From contig JBBTRN010000018.1 in assembly GCA_038065175.1 (NCBI GenBank), forward strand, positions 1,445-47,978: DNA of 46,534 nucleotides. Direction: 5' to 3'. Origin of the DNA: Patescibacteria group bacterium. Its GTDB lineage: Bacteria > Patescibacteriota > Doudnabacteria > UBA920. The first letter of the stretch is position 1. Each line of letters begins with the position of its first letter. Made by a program: the position numbers and the translations under genes. This document shows, piece after piece, positions 36,598 through 45,919 of this stretch. The notes under the pieces were generated by a model, which searched no databases, was not told the origin of the DNA, and worked only from the letters and a program-made list of their open reading frames with translations.

Positions 36598-36822
36598 ATG
36601 GTCGAAATAATTTCAATAAAAAAGGAAATGGACAACTTAGATGAGCAGGATAAGCAAAAGCGAGAAAATTATGAAAAATTTAAAAAAGAGGCCGAACCTA
36701 AAATTTAGGCAGAAATGGCCAAAATGAGGCAAGAAAATCCTGATATGAACGAAGAGGCTCTTCGGCTTGCCGCAATTAGTTACTTAGCGGATAAAAAAGG
36801 TACTTGGAGAGGTGAAAAATAG
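36598..36822 (+). pseudogene. hypothetical charged protein with in-frame TAG at 36706-36708
   Basis: MVEIISIKKE...EPKI*AEMAKMRQENP...GEK; coding-like on both sides of the stop. Confidence 0.4.
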
Positions 36823-36845
36823 AATTTATTAAATTGGCAAATGGT

Positions 36846-37307
36846 ATGTCAAAACACGATAACCCAACTCCCGAAATAAGTGGCGACGCAATAGCAGATA
36901 AATACGCAGAGAGCTTAATTAAATTTCTTGAGCAAGGCCGTGGACTAAGCCCTGCAACTAAAGAGCGGTTACTAAAGGCTTTAAGTGGGCAAAGCCATTC
37001 GGAAACAAGCCGAGCAATAAGTAGTCTTGTAATGGAAAGGTCAGCCGTTGTCCAACCACAAAGAACAATGCCCCCTCAAAGGGGGGAAACAGAAACAGGG
37101 TCAAGCGTGGAGCAAACAATTCTTAACAATTTGGATAAAGCTGACAGACAGTCAAATAGAAGCCCACAAAAATTTGCAGAATTTTTTCGTAACCTTCTGC
37201 CAAGCGGATATGAAGTAGGATTAATAAAGGTTCCTCGCAGCAGAGCTGGCGAGGTATTAACTGCAAGGGGAGAACTATCATTTCGGAGCAAAGCTCCGAG
37301 GTATTAA
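36846..37307 (+). CDS. hypothetical protein, possibly truncated by palindromic insertions
   Basis: ORF ends just after a hairpin; coding-like sequence resumes at about 37360-37599 in another frame. Confidence 0.5.
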   Translation: MSKHDNPTPEISGDAIADKYAESLIKFLEQGRGLSPATKERLLKALSGQSHSETSRAISSLVMERSAVVQPQRTMPPQRGETETGSSVEQTILNNLDKADRQSNRSPQKFAEFFRNLLPSGYEVGLIKVPRSRAGEVLTARGELSFRSKAPRY

Positions 37308-37726
37308 ACCTGTATTAGCTCCTCGGCTCGCAAGATAATCCTTAAGGATTATCTTGACTCGCTCTACGTCGCGAATAAAAGGACAAATAGCGGAATTTAC
37401 TGCCCCAAACGGCATAACAATTTTAGTTTGTCCTTTGGGAAATACACGGCTTGCCTCTTTACCAGATTATGTTGGTATGTTCAACATTGGAGGCAAAAAC
37501 CAAGGTGCAAATATCCCAGTTATGAGAGTTTTAAAGCCAGCAGTTTTAGGAAGTGGAAGAAAGTTAATGCAAAAGGGTTTATTATCTACCGATTACTAAA
37601 AACTTATCCAGCAATTTCGCCGAGTAACCGTAACTGCCGAAAACTTGCACCCAATCCATAGTTCTATAATCGTCCCTTAGACCGCTCCAAAGAAAAATAC
37701 CCAAGTTTTTAGACGGAGTTTTGTAA

Positions 37727-38191
37727 TTATTTCAAGGTTTTACTTTTGATACCCAGTGCGCGGTGGACGAGTTCGCTGGAACTTTGCGCTTTGCCGCCGC
37801 CGACATTGTAGACCATTTTAATACCAACCCGTTCACAGGTTTTTATATCTTTAAAAAGTGATGATTCGGGGTTTGCGGCATCGGCTTCGTTTCTGTCCCC
37901 GCCGTTGGCAAAAACATCCGGCCTTATCTCTTCCAATTCTTTGGCAACGGACATGTCTTCCGGGCTCTCCGGATGCCCGGTGAGCCTGGCTTCATCAACA
38001 TCCCGCAGGGCCTCAATGATGGCCTTGCGTTCGTTTTCATCCATAAACACAAAACCCTTTTTTGCCATAAGCCAATTGTCGTTATTTATTAGCACAATTA
38101 AATAATCGCCAAGTTTTTTGGCGGCTATAAATAACTGGACATGGCCTATGTGGAGCGGATCAAACCCGCCGGAGACAAGAACCTTTAGCAT
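37727..38191 (-). CDS. cytidylyltransferase-like (HIGH) nucleotidyltransferase
   Basis: SGGFDPLHIGH, KKG, ER, PDVFANGGDR and SSS. Confidence 0.88.
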   Translation of the reverse strand: MLKVLVSGGFDPLHIGHVQLFIAAKKLGDYLIVLINNDNWLMAKKGFVFMDENERKAIIEALRDVDEARLTGHPESPEDMSVAKELEEIRPDVFANGGDRNEADAANPESSLFKDIKTCERVGIKMVYNVGGGKAQSSSELVHRALGIKSKTLK

Positions 38192-38230
38192 AATTGATGA
38201 TTATTTATTAATAATTGATAACTGAAAATT

Positions 38231-38599
38231 CTAAGGTTTGTTGTGATTAGTGATATATTTATCCAGCCCACGAAGTTGTTTGCCGATGTTTTCGGTTTTT
38301 TCCATAAAATATATGTGCTGATCTTGGCTAATATAGCCATCGTCAAATGCAGAATCCAGACACGCAACAACTTCAAAAAGAGAAGTTAAGGAGCGGTTTA
38401 TAAAAACGCTTTTGTCTTTTTCTGTTTTTCTTTCAGACCCTTCGGCTATCTGCAGAAGTACAGAGAGCATAGCTCGCCTCGTTTGGTCGACTAACAGGTA
38501 TTTTTCTTCAACAGGGTAGGCTATTAGAATTTTGTTTACTTCCTTTTTCAGTGTACGTGCGTCTATATACACCTGCCAAGATTGAAACCTAAAAGCCAT
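38231..38599 (-). CDS. four-helix-bundle protein, close paralog of 18275-18640
   Basis: WQVY, YLLVDQTRRAMLSVLLQIAEGSERKTEKDK; flanked by a perfect 16-bp inverted repeat (38207-38222/38605-38620). Confidence 0.9.
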   Translation of the reverse strand: MAFRFQSWQVYIDARTLKKEVNKILIAYPVEEKYLLVDQTRRAMLSVLLQIAEGSERKTEKDKSVFINRSLTSLFEVVACLDSAFDDGYISQDQHIYFMEKTENIGKQLRGLDKYITNHNKP

Positions 38600-38639
38600 A
38601 GGCGGTTATCAATTATTAATTATCAATTATCAATCAGCT

Positions 38640-39185
38640 TTAATTGTGGTGGGCGTTCGTGCGCTGTTCGGGCGGGATTTTTTCGTAAAGGTCGAGGATT
38701 AGTTTGTTAATGGAACCAGGGTTTGGCACGTCTGAAAATTCAAAACGTTCTATGCTGGCCGCGGTTTGCACATACACATCGCCGTAGTTAAAGACAGTGC
38801 CTAAAACCCCGCTTACTTCGCTGGTTACATCTTCTATGTTTTCTATGTGGAGCTCGGAAACTTCGTGGTGGAAAAGCCCAACTTGGTCTATGTCTACAAT
38901 CCTGCGGTCAGTAATGATTTGCACGTTTAGGTAGTAAAACAGCCAAATTAAAAAAAGCGACAAGGTCAAGAATATGGTGTAAACCTGGAGAAATAGTTTG
39001 GTAACCGCGCCAATAGAGCCCTCAAACAGCCCGGGGAGCCAGACTCCCCCATAGCGCCTGAACAAGACTAGCGCCGCGGCAAACATAAACCAAATGAAAA
39101 GTTTTTTCAATAAAACCACCCAGTGCTGGCGCACCACAATATAAATTTTTTCGTCTTCCAGCTGGCTGGGGAAAAGTTTATGCAT
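38640..39185 (-). CDS. bacterial PH-domain membrane protein
   Basis: RQHW, two TMs, ITDRRIVDIDQVGLF and FNYGDVYVQTA. Confidence 0.8.
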   Translation of the reverse strand: MHKLFPSQLEDEKIYIVVRQHWVVLLKKLFIWFMFAAALVLFRRYGGVWLPGLFEGSIGAVTKLFLQVYTIFLTLSLFLIWLFYYLNVQIITDRRIVDIDQVGLFHHEVSELHIENIEDVTSEVSGVLGTVFNYGDVYVQTAASIERFEFSDVPNPGSINKLILDLYEKIPPEQRTNAHHN

Positions 39186-39277
39186 AGGCTAGTAATTGAT
39201 GATTGATAATTTATTATTGATAACTGCTTAGTTTGGTTTTAAGTAATCAATCATTAATCAACAATTATCAATTAATT
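39186..39277. repeat. empty inverted TGATAAT-type array homologous to the arms around 38231-38599
   Basis: TAATTGATGATT and ATTGATAACTG also occur at 38191 and 38214; right arm aatcaatcattaatcaacaattatcaatta. Confidence 0.75.
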
Positions 39278-39485
39278 AAACAATGTTTTGTAAAGTTGAA
39301 TGGGATTGGGCGAGGATTGTAAGAAAGAAAAAAGAAAACACCAAAGCTACCACAAGGCTAAGACCGCGTTTTTCTCCGTATTTAATAAGTACATAAATGC
39401 CAAAAGCAGCCAAAAAAACCATTACGGCGGCTAATACGTAGTAAATTCCGCCAATAACCATGTTGGCAAAAAGGGAAAAATTCAT
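39276..39485 (-). CDS. small two-TM membrane protein
   Basis: 69 aa with two hydrophobic helices, in operon. Confidence 0.7.
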   Translation of the reverse strand: MNFSLFANMVIGGIYYVLAAVMVFLAAFGIYVLIKYGEKRGLSLVVALVFSFFFLTILAQSHSTLQNIV

Positions 39486-39547
39486 AGTTTAATTAATTTC
39501 TAATGGATAATTGAATGCCCATAACCAAAAATTAGTTATCAGTTGTT

Positions 39548-40594
39548 TTAAAGAATGCTTTGTTGGCCGCTTGCGGAAACCGGGGGGATAATGTCCAGGT
39601 GCTTATAAGCGGCTTCCGTGGGCTGTCTGCCTTTAGGAGTCCTTAAGATCAGCCCCAGCCGCAGAAGGAAGGGTTCGTGGATGTCTGAAATGGTATCTTC
39701 TTCTTCGCCTGTGGCCGCGGCCAGGGTGTTAAGCCCCACAGGCCGGCCTTGGAATTTGTGGATTAAGGCTTCTAAAATTCTTCGGTCGTTTTTATCCAGA
39801 CCCAAATTGTCAACCTCCAACAGCTCCAAAGCTTCTTTGGCCGTGTCTAAAAGAATTGTATCATGGCCGTGGACCTGGGCAAAATCTCTCACGCGCCTTA
39901 AAAGCCGATTGGCAATCCGCGGGGTGAAGCGCGAACGGCGGGAGAGCTCCCCGGCCGCCGCTTTTTCCAAATCCGCGTTTAAAATTTTTCCGCTGCGTTC
40001 AATAATCCTTTCAATTTCTTCCGGTTCATAGTATTCCAGGCGGTAAGTCGCCCCAAAGCGGTCCCTTAAAGGCGCGGACAAAAGTCCGATCCGCGTGGTA
40101 GCGCCAATTAAAGTAAACTTAGGCAGTTCCATGCGGATGCTTCTTGCTCCCGGTCCTTTGCCCAGGACAATGTCCAAAAAGCCGTCCTCCATTGCCGGGT
40201 ACAAAATTTCCTCCACTGCTTTATTCAGCCTATGGATTTCGTCAACAAATAAAATGTCGCCCTCGGAGAGGTTGGTTAAGACAGAAGCCAAATCGCCGGC
40301 GCGCTCAATGGCCGGACCGGAAGTTATTTTAATGTTGCTGCCGATTTCCCGTGCGACAATATGCGCCAGCGTGGTTTTGCCCAGACCCGGGGGTCCATAA
40401 AATAAAATATGCTCCAAATGCTCCTTTCTCTGTTTTGCTGCCCCCAGGAGGATTTTGAGGTTCCGTTTTACCGACTCCTGGCCAATGTAGTCTTCAAAAT
40501 TGCCCGGCCGAAGGGTTTGTTCAATGACGATTTCGTCGTCATTAGCAGTGCTTGAGGCTAGGTCATCGGTTTTAGGTTTTTTTGATTCGATCAT
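39548..40594 (-). CDS. ruvB: Holliday junction branch migration helicase
   Basis: [30 protein letters not shown] and RTPKGR. Confidence 0.96.
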   Translation of the reverse strand: MIESKKPKTDDLASSTANDDEIVIEQTLRPGNFEDYIGQESVKRNLKILLGAAKQRKEHLEHILFYGPPGLGKTTLAHIVAREIGSNIKITSGPAIERAGDLASVLTNLSEGDILFVDEIHRLNKAVEEILYPAMEDGFLDIVLGKGPGARSIRMELPKFTLIGATTRIGLLSAPLRDRFGATYRLEYYEPEEIERIIERSGKILNADLEKAAAGELSRRSRFTPRIANRLLRRVRDFAQVHGHDTILLDTAKEALELLEVDNLGLDKNDRRILEALIHKFQGRPVGLNTLAAATGEEEDTISDIHEPFLLRLGLILRTPKGRQPTEAAYKHLDIIPPVSASGQQSIL

Positions 40595-40599
40595 TTTTT

Positions 40600-40672
40600 A
40601 TTAGGTAGCTAGTAGGGGGTAGCTGGTAGCCAAATTGCCTGGCTAAATGCTACTCGCTACTTGCTAAATGCT
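40600..40672. repeat. empty inverted GGTAGCT/TGCTACT-type array
   Basis: ggtagctagtag...gtagctggtagc / gctaaatgctactcgctacttgctaaatgct between the vanW stop and ruvB start. Confidence 0.7.
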
Positions 40673-41969
40673 AGTTGGTTGGCATCTGCACGCCTGTTGA
40701 CGGTGCGGCGGTGGGGTAAGTTTCCTGTTTATGGAACAGAGCAGGCGACTGGTAAACTGACTTAAAAGTCGAAGTTGCGGTTTTGCCGCCGTTTTCCACT
40801 ATGCGGGTCCATTCCGCCTTCATACTGCCGTCAGTTTTTCTCTCATATGAAAAAGGTTTTTGCAAAGTTACCTTTCGTTCGTCGCGCGTGCCGTAAAATT
40901 CAAAAATTAAAGTATAGGAGTCTTTAATATAGGGCCAGACTAGAATGTGGCCGGGGGTGTCATTAATAAATTTTAAGTCAATGACTCCGGGGTAAATAGT
41001 GGCGTCCGTGCCTTGGGGCGAATAGTACTGCACGGCATAGGAGTGGTTTTTTCTTTGGGTAATGGGGATGCCCGCCTTCATGGCTGCCCTAAAGGTGGTG
41101 GAAGAGACTTGGCATAACCCGCCGCCAAATTCCGGTACTGTGCCGGTTTTTTTGATGACCAGCTCGGGCAAAAAGCCGTTTTCTGCCTCCACTGGTCCCA
41201 AAATTTTGTTAAAACTAAATTCTTCCCCGGGAGCAATAATTGCGCCCTTAAATTTGGTGAGGCCGACTTTAATATTATGGATGCGGTTTTTGGGACTGCC
41301 TTTGAAATTGGATTCACCGGTGGCTATTAATTCATTAATACCCATAGGGTTGGTTTCAGCCAAAGATTTTAACGGCTTGTCAATTTCAATCGCCAGTTCC
41401 GCCCGGGGTTCAGATCTCTCCAAGGCTCCCAGGATTATTAGGGTTGAAGAAAAAATATCCAGACTAAGCCCGTCTTTGGGAGGCGTAAAATTTACAGCCT
41501 GATTCACAGCCGTAGTATTTTTAAGCTCAAGGCTCGGTTCGGCTTTGGCAATATTAATCTTCCCGGATAAAGTTTTTAAGTAGTTGTAAATTTTTTCAGG
41601 ACGGTTTTTGTATATTACAATCCTTTCCTGGAATTTGTTAAAGTTAGCTGGCGCGCCGTTAATTCCATTTATTTCCATAATAGCAGTGTGGGTTGATTCG
41701 GAAGATGCAGAGAAAATTTGGGACCCGACGGTTTTTTCCGTCCCCAGACCCAAATATTTTTTTAACGCTGTTTGCGAACCATCCTGCTTTTCCAACAAAT
41801 TTTTTTTTGCAATGACCCCAATGCCTTTAAATGATTCAAGGGTATCTTCTCGGATCTCGGTTTCTTTCCCGGCATATAAAAGCTCAAAAGCCCGGACAGT
41901 TTTTAGCCGGTAGTTGAAAGCGCTTAAAATAACCAACACGAGAAAAAAAATTTTAATTCTGGCTTCCAT
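40671..41969 (-). CDS. VanW-family protein
   Basis: RIHNI, PGEEFSFN, GGGLCQVSST, RKNHS and DATIY; N-terminal TM. Confidence 0.88.
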   Translation of the reverse strand: MEARIKIFFLVLVILSAFNYRLKTVRAFELLYAGKETEIREDTLESFKGIGVIAKKNLLEKQDGSQTALKKYLGLGTEKTVGSQIFSASSESTHTAIMEINGINGAPANFNKFQERIVIYKNRPEKIYNYLKTLSGKINIAKAEPSLELKNTTAVNQAVNFTPPKDGLSLDIFSSTLIILGALERSEPRAELAIEIDKPLKSLAETNPMGINELIATGESNFKGSPKNRIHNIKVGLTKFKGAIIAPGEEFSFNKILGPVEAENGFLPELVIKKTGTVPEFGGGLCQVSSTTFRAAMKAGIPITQRKNHSYAVQYYSPQGTDATIYPGVIDLKFINDTPGHILVWPYIKDSYTLIFEFYGTRDERKVTLQKPFSYERKTDGSMKAEWTRIVENGGKTATSTFKSVYQSPALFHKQETYPTAAPSTGVQMPTN

Positions 41970-42366
41970 GGGTAAAATGAATCATTATGGCGTTAGGCGG
42001 CAAATATTTTTTTATTTTATCCGCCCATTCAATAAGCACAACCGCGTCTTTTTTCCCCCACAGATCGGTTATGCCCAAGGCCCTTACTTCACTAATGTTT
42101 TTAGTCCGGTATAAGTCTAAATGAAAAAGCATAATTTTCTTCTTATTCTTTGGCAAGAGACCCCTAAAGATGTTCATGAGCACAAAAGTCGGGCTGGTAA
42201 TCCTGTTCTTTACCTTTAAGCGTTTTGCCAGCGCTCGGGCGAAAGCTGTTTTTCCGCTTCCTAATTCGCCTATAAGAGCCAGAACTTCGCCGCCCCGGAG
42301 TTTATGGGCAATATTCTTAGCAGCATCGGGTATTTGTGAGAGGTTGAGGGTAGTGTGTTTTTGCAT
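41953..42366 (-). CDS. tsaE: tRNA t6A biosynthesis ATPase
   Basis: GELGSGKT, ITSPTF, HLDLYR and LIEWA. Confidence 0.93.
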   Translation of the reverse strand: MQKHTTLNLSQIPDAAKNIAHKLRGGEVLALIGELGSGKTAFARALAKRLKVKNRITSPTFVLMNIFRGLLPKNKKKIMLFHLDLYRTKNISEVRALGITDLWGKKDAVVLIEWADKIKKYLPPNAIMIHFTHGSQN

Positions 42367-42369
42367 TGT

Positions 42370-42468
42370 CTTTCAGATGTATCAGATTAATCGGATAAAT
42401 CAGAATAATTAGAAATCGTGGATATATGATCCGATTTATCTGATTTCTGATTATTCCGATATTCTGAC
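42370..42468. repeat. empty inverted ATCAGAT/ATCGGAT-type array
   Basis: tcagatgtatcagattaatcggataaatcaga / atccgatttatctgatttctgattattccgatattctga upstream of tsaE. Confidence 0.7.
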
Positions 42469-42484
42469 CTTATTTTACCCTGAA

Positions 42485-42513
42485 TTGACCCTGGAGGCAA
42501 AATCATCTATAAT
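42485..42513 (+). promoter_or_regulatory. sigma70-type promoter
   Basis: TTGACC-17 nt-TATAAT. Confidence 0.65.
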
Positions 42514-42559
42514 ACAAAATCGTTTAATCTCGCGGGTAAAATTTTTTTTAAAAAGTCTT

Positions 42560-43726
42560 ATGCCAGACAGCGATTCCACCAAACAATTTTTTAACCAGCT
42601 TAACAATGCCAAACGGATCTTAATTGCGCTCCCGGCAGGGTTAAGCGCGGACGCAGCCAGCGCAGGCAGCGCTTTGGCAATGTTTTTAAAGCGCCTTAAT
42701 AAGGAAGTGGAGGTTCTTGCTTCTGAGAATTACGAAGACAGCCTTCCATTTTTGCCAAAAACTGGACTCTTAAAGCTGGTTTTAAATTCGTCCCAAAGCC
42801 TGGCCGTGGTTGTTGATACCACAAAAAAAGCCTTGGAGGAAATAAGCTACGCGCAGGAAGAAGGGCGGGCGAAAATTTTTCTAAAGGGCAAAACCGAAAT
42901 TTTTACCCCCGAAGAAGTGTCTTTTGAAACTGTAAGGAATACCCCTTACGACCTGGCGATTATTTTAGGCGCGCAGGATTTAAATGATTTAGGCACGGTT
43001 TTTGCGCAAAACCCCGATTTGTTTTATGAGACTCCAAAAATAAATATAGACAACAATCCAGGCAATAAGCTTTTTGGCGCAATAAACTTAATTGACATAA
43101 ACGCGGCATCGCTTTCCGAGATTATTACGACGATGCTCCAGGAATACGAGACCGACCTTTTTAATGAAGATATTGCCACCTGCCTTTTAGCCGGCATAAT
43201 GGCAAAAACCAACAGCTTCCAGCATGCGCAGGTTAGCCCTAAGAGTTTTATTCAGGCCGGGCTACTTGTGGAGAAAGGCGCGCGCCAGCAGGAAATTGTC
43301 CGCGCGCTTTTTAAAACCCGGTCCTTGCCGCTTTTGAAGTTATGGGGCAGAAGCCTGGCCAGGCTTAAGGATTTTGGCGATTGGACCTTGTCGCAGTTGA
43401 ATTTTTCTGACTTTGAGAAAGCAGAGGCCGACGAGACTTACCTGCCGCAGGTATTAAAGGATTTGCTCGAAAATTTGTCCGGCAAACTTGCGGTGGGGAT
43501 TGTGAGCCAGACAGACCCTTCGGGCGGCTTAAAGTTGGTTATAGCTTTCAAGAGAGGTGTTGATGTCCCCGGGCTATTCGGTGAATTTGGGGCAGGCCGG
43601 ATCTTGCCTTTAGCCGTTCCCGGCGCTTACGATGCATGGCAATTTAACATCGATAGTTTTTCTTTGGAAGAAGTTGAGGCCAAATTGGTTTCGTTAATGC
43701 CCAAACTTTTGCCCAAGCTTTCTTAA
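42560..43726 (+). CDS. DHH/NrnA-like phosphoesterase homolog (catalytic motifs degenerate)
   Basis: INIDNNPGN (for IDHH), FGAINLID, IATCLLAGI, TNSFQ and LKLWGR. Confidence 0.75.
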   Translation: MPDSDSTKQFFNQLNNAKRILIALPAGLSADAASAGSALAMFLKRLNKEVEVLASENYEDSLPFLPKTGLLKLVLNSSQSLAVVVDTTKKALEEISYAQEEGRAKIFLKGKTEIFTPEEVSFETVRNTPYDLAIILGAQDLNDLGTVFAQNPDLFYETPKINIDNNPGNKLFGAINLIDINAASLSEIITTMLQEYETDLFNEDIATCLLAGIMAKTNSFQHAQVSPKSFIQAGLLVEKGARQQEIVRALFKTRSLPLLKLWGRSLARLKDFGDWTLSQLNFSDFEKAEADETYLPQVLKDLLENLSGKLAVGIVSQTDPSGGLKLVIAFKRGVDVPGLFGEFGAGRILPLAVPGAYDAWQFNIDSFSLEEVEAKLVSLMPKLLPKLS

Positions 43727-43798
43727 CCTCTTTAATTAATGATATAATGCCTTTAATAGGGCGCAGCCCCTTTAGAAATCAAAATCAAAATTTTATTT

Positions 43799-45454
43799 AT
43801 GCCCACGCATCATTTTTTGCCCGGCACCGAAGAAGACCTCAAACGCACGCTGTTTGATGTTAACCGAAAAATGCAGGAAGAGGAGGTTAAGACGAAAGCC
43901 TCGTCTTTGGGGTTGCCTTATGTGGATTTATTTAATTTTCCCATTGATTTTAACGTGTTTGGTTTGTTAACGGAAGAAGAAGCCCGGGCAGCCGAAGCCG
44001 TTGTTTTTTACAAAGAACAAAACGATTTGCGCATTGCCACCCTAAATCCATTAAACGCCTTGTTAAAAAATAAATTAAAGGAATTTTCCGAAAAAAATAA
44101 AGTCGGATTATATTTGCTTTCATCCCAGAATTTTGCGAGAATTTTGAGCCTGTACGACAAAGTCCCAAAATTTAAGGCCAGGGTGCAGGACGAGGCCATA
44201 AAAATTGATAAGCAAAAAGATTTTTTGGCAGAATTGAAGGGCCTGAAAAATTTGTCTTTCCAGCAGCAAAAAAGCATGTCTGAATTAATGGAAATTATTT
44301 TTGGGACAGCGGTTGAGCTTAGGGTTTCGGACATTCATTTTGAGCCGGAAGAGCATTTTGTGAAATTACGCTTCAGGATCGACGGGGTACTGCACGACAT
44401 GCTTCATATTAACCTGAATTTGCAAAAAAGCCTCACGGTTCGTTTGAAAATTCTTGCGAAATTAAAATTTAACATTTCTAAAGTTTCCCAGGACGGGAGG
44501 ATGACTTTTCTTTATTTAGGCAAGCCTATAGATGTCCGCGTTTCTGTCCTGCCCAGCGCTTACGGGGAGGAGATTGTTATGAGGTTGCTTGGAGTAGACA
44601 ACATAGGCTTAAAAGTGTCGGAGCTGGGGTTGGGCGAAAAGGCGGAAGCACTGCTACGGAAAGCCTTGAATAGGCCGAATGGGATGATTATTACCACAGG
44701 CCCCACCGGTTCCGGTAAAACCACAACATTATACGCCTGTTTAAACGAACTGAATGACCCCGGTGTTAAAATTATTACTTTAGAAGATCCTGTTGAGTAT
44801 AAATTAGAAGGAATTGTGCAAACCCCAATAGATCATAACCATGATTTTGATTTTGCAAAGGGCCTGCGCGCGGTGTTAAGGCAAGACCCGGATATTATTA
44901 TGGTAGGGGAAATAAGGGACCAGGAGACCGCGGAAACCTCCATGCAGGCGGCGCTTACCGGGCATTTGGTTTTAAGCACCCTTCATACCAACGACTCTTC
45001 CGGGGCAATCCCCAGGCTAATTAACATGGGCGTTAAGCCGTTTGTCGCGGCGCCGGCCTTGTCTTTAATAATGGCGCAGAGGCTGGTTAGGCGGCTATGT
45101 CCGGCCTGTAAAAAAACAGCCCAGCTTAGCCCCCAGGTTTTAGAAAAGTGCGTTTATGTTTTAAAACAAATTCCCGAAAGCGCCGGAATAAATTTGCCGA
45201 AAGTTTATCAGTTTTTCCACAGTACCGGGTGCGCGGAGTGCGGAAATTTAGGCTATAAGGGGCGGTTGGGGATTTATGAGCTTATGGAGAACACTGAAGC
45301 TATTCAAAAGTTAATTTTTGAACAAGGCTCCATGAGCCAGTTTAAGAAAACCGCGGTTAAGCAAGGCATGGTAACTTTGGCTCAAGACGGCTTGCTAAAA
45401 GCGCTAGCAGGGCTTACAGATGTAGAGGAGGTGTTCAGGGTGGCAATGGAATAA
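43799..45454 (+). CDS. GspE/PilB family assembly ATPase
   Basis: SDIHFEP, RFRIDGVL, TGPTGSGKTTTLY, LRQDPD, STLHTN and a tetracysteine motif. Confidence 0.93.
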   Translation: MPTHHFLPGTEEDLKRTLFDVNRKMQEEEVKTKASSLGLPYVDLFNFPIDFNVFGLLTEEEARAAEAVVFYKEQNDLRIATLNPLNALLKNKLKEFSEKNKVGLYLLSSQNFARILSLYDKVPKFKARVQDEAIKIDKQKDFLAELKGLKNLSFQQQKSMSELMEIIFGTAVELRVSDIHFEPEEHFVKLRFRIDGVLHDMLHINLNLQKSLTVRLKILAKLKFNISKVSQDGRMTFLYLGKPIDVRVSVLPSAYGEEIVMRLLGVDNIGLKVSELGLGEKAEALLRKALNRPNGMIITTGPTGSGKTTTLYACLNELNDPGVKIITLEDPVEYKLEGIVQTPIDHNHDFDFAKGLRAVLRQDPDIIMVGEIRDQETAETSMQAALTGHLVLSTLHTNDSSGAIPRLINMGVKPFVAAPALSLIMAQRLVRRLCPACKKTAQLSPQVLEKCVYVLKQIPESAGINLPKVYQFFHSTGCAECGNLGYKGRLGIYELMENTEAIQKLIFEQGSMSQFKKTAVKQGMVTLAQDGLLKALAGLTDVEEVFRVAME

Positions 45455-45541
45455 CTCCATCTACGGATTACGGATAAGATACCAATATACCGATGAAGTA
45501 ATCCGTATACCCGTAATAAATTGGTAATTGGTAGATAATAT

Positions 45542-45919
45542 ATGACTGAGCTTTTGCATAAAGAATTAAGCGGGCAAATTATTGGCGCCCTATTTGAAGT
45601 GCATAATAATTTAGGTAACGGGCTTTTAGAAAAATATTACCAAAGAGGTCTGGCGGCTGAATTTCAGAAACGTGGCGTTAGTTTTCAGGAACAAGTTTCG
45701 GTTTCGATGTCTTATAAAGGTAAATCAATAGGTCGGCGGGTATTAGATTTTCTGGTTGATGGGAAGGTGGTTGTAGAAATAAAAAAAGACAATTATTTTT
45801 CCAGGCAGCATATTGAGCAGGCAACCAGTTATCTAAAAGCGTTAAATTTAGAACTTGCTATTTTGGCAAACTTTACAGGCGGGGGAGTAAAGTTTAAGCG
45901 CATATTAAATTTGTATTAG
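45542..45919 (+). CDS. GxxExxY protein (PD-(D/E)xK-like)
   Basis: LGNGLLEKYY, DFLVDGKVVVEIK, QATSYL and ANF; flanked by 32-bp inverted arms. Confidence 0.9.
   Translation: MTELLHKELSGQIIGALFEVHNNLGNGLLEKYYQRGLAAEFQKRGVSFQEQVSVSMSYKGKSIGRRVLDFLVDGKVVVEIKKDNYFSRQHIEQATSYLKALNLELAILANFTGGGVKFKRILNLY

Noticed and set aside
4784-36822. Genome-wide TAA/TAG (or TGA) stop-codon reassignment
   Set aside because: Well-defined genes end at the expected places with TAA (dnaA, rpmH), TAG (gyrA, recF, yebC) and TGA (rsmI, tyrS), so the three internal stops are isolated.
17082-38599. Diversity-generating retroelement (four-helix-bundle proteins resemble Avd)
   Set aside because: No reverse transcriptase and no TR/VR pair with adenine-specific mismatches were seen in the window.
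4479-42468. CRISPR arrays
   Set aside because: The repeats are degenerate 7-9-mers in inverted arms with no constant repeat-spacer periodicity, and no cas genes are present.
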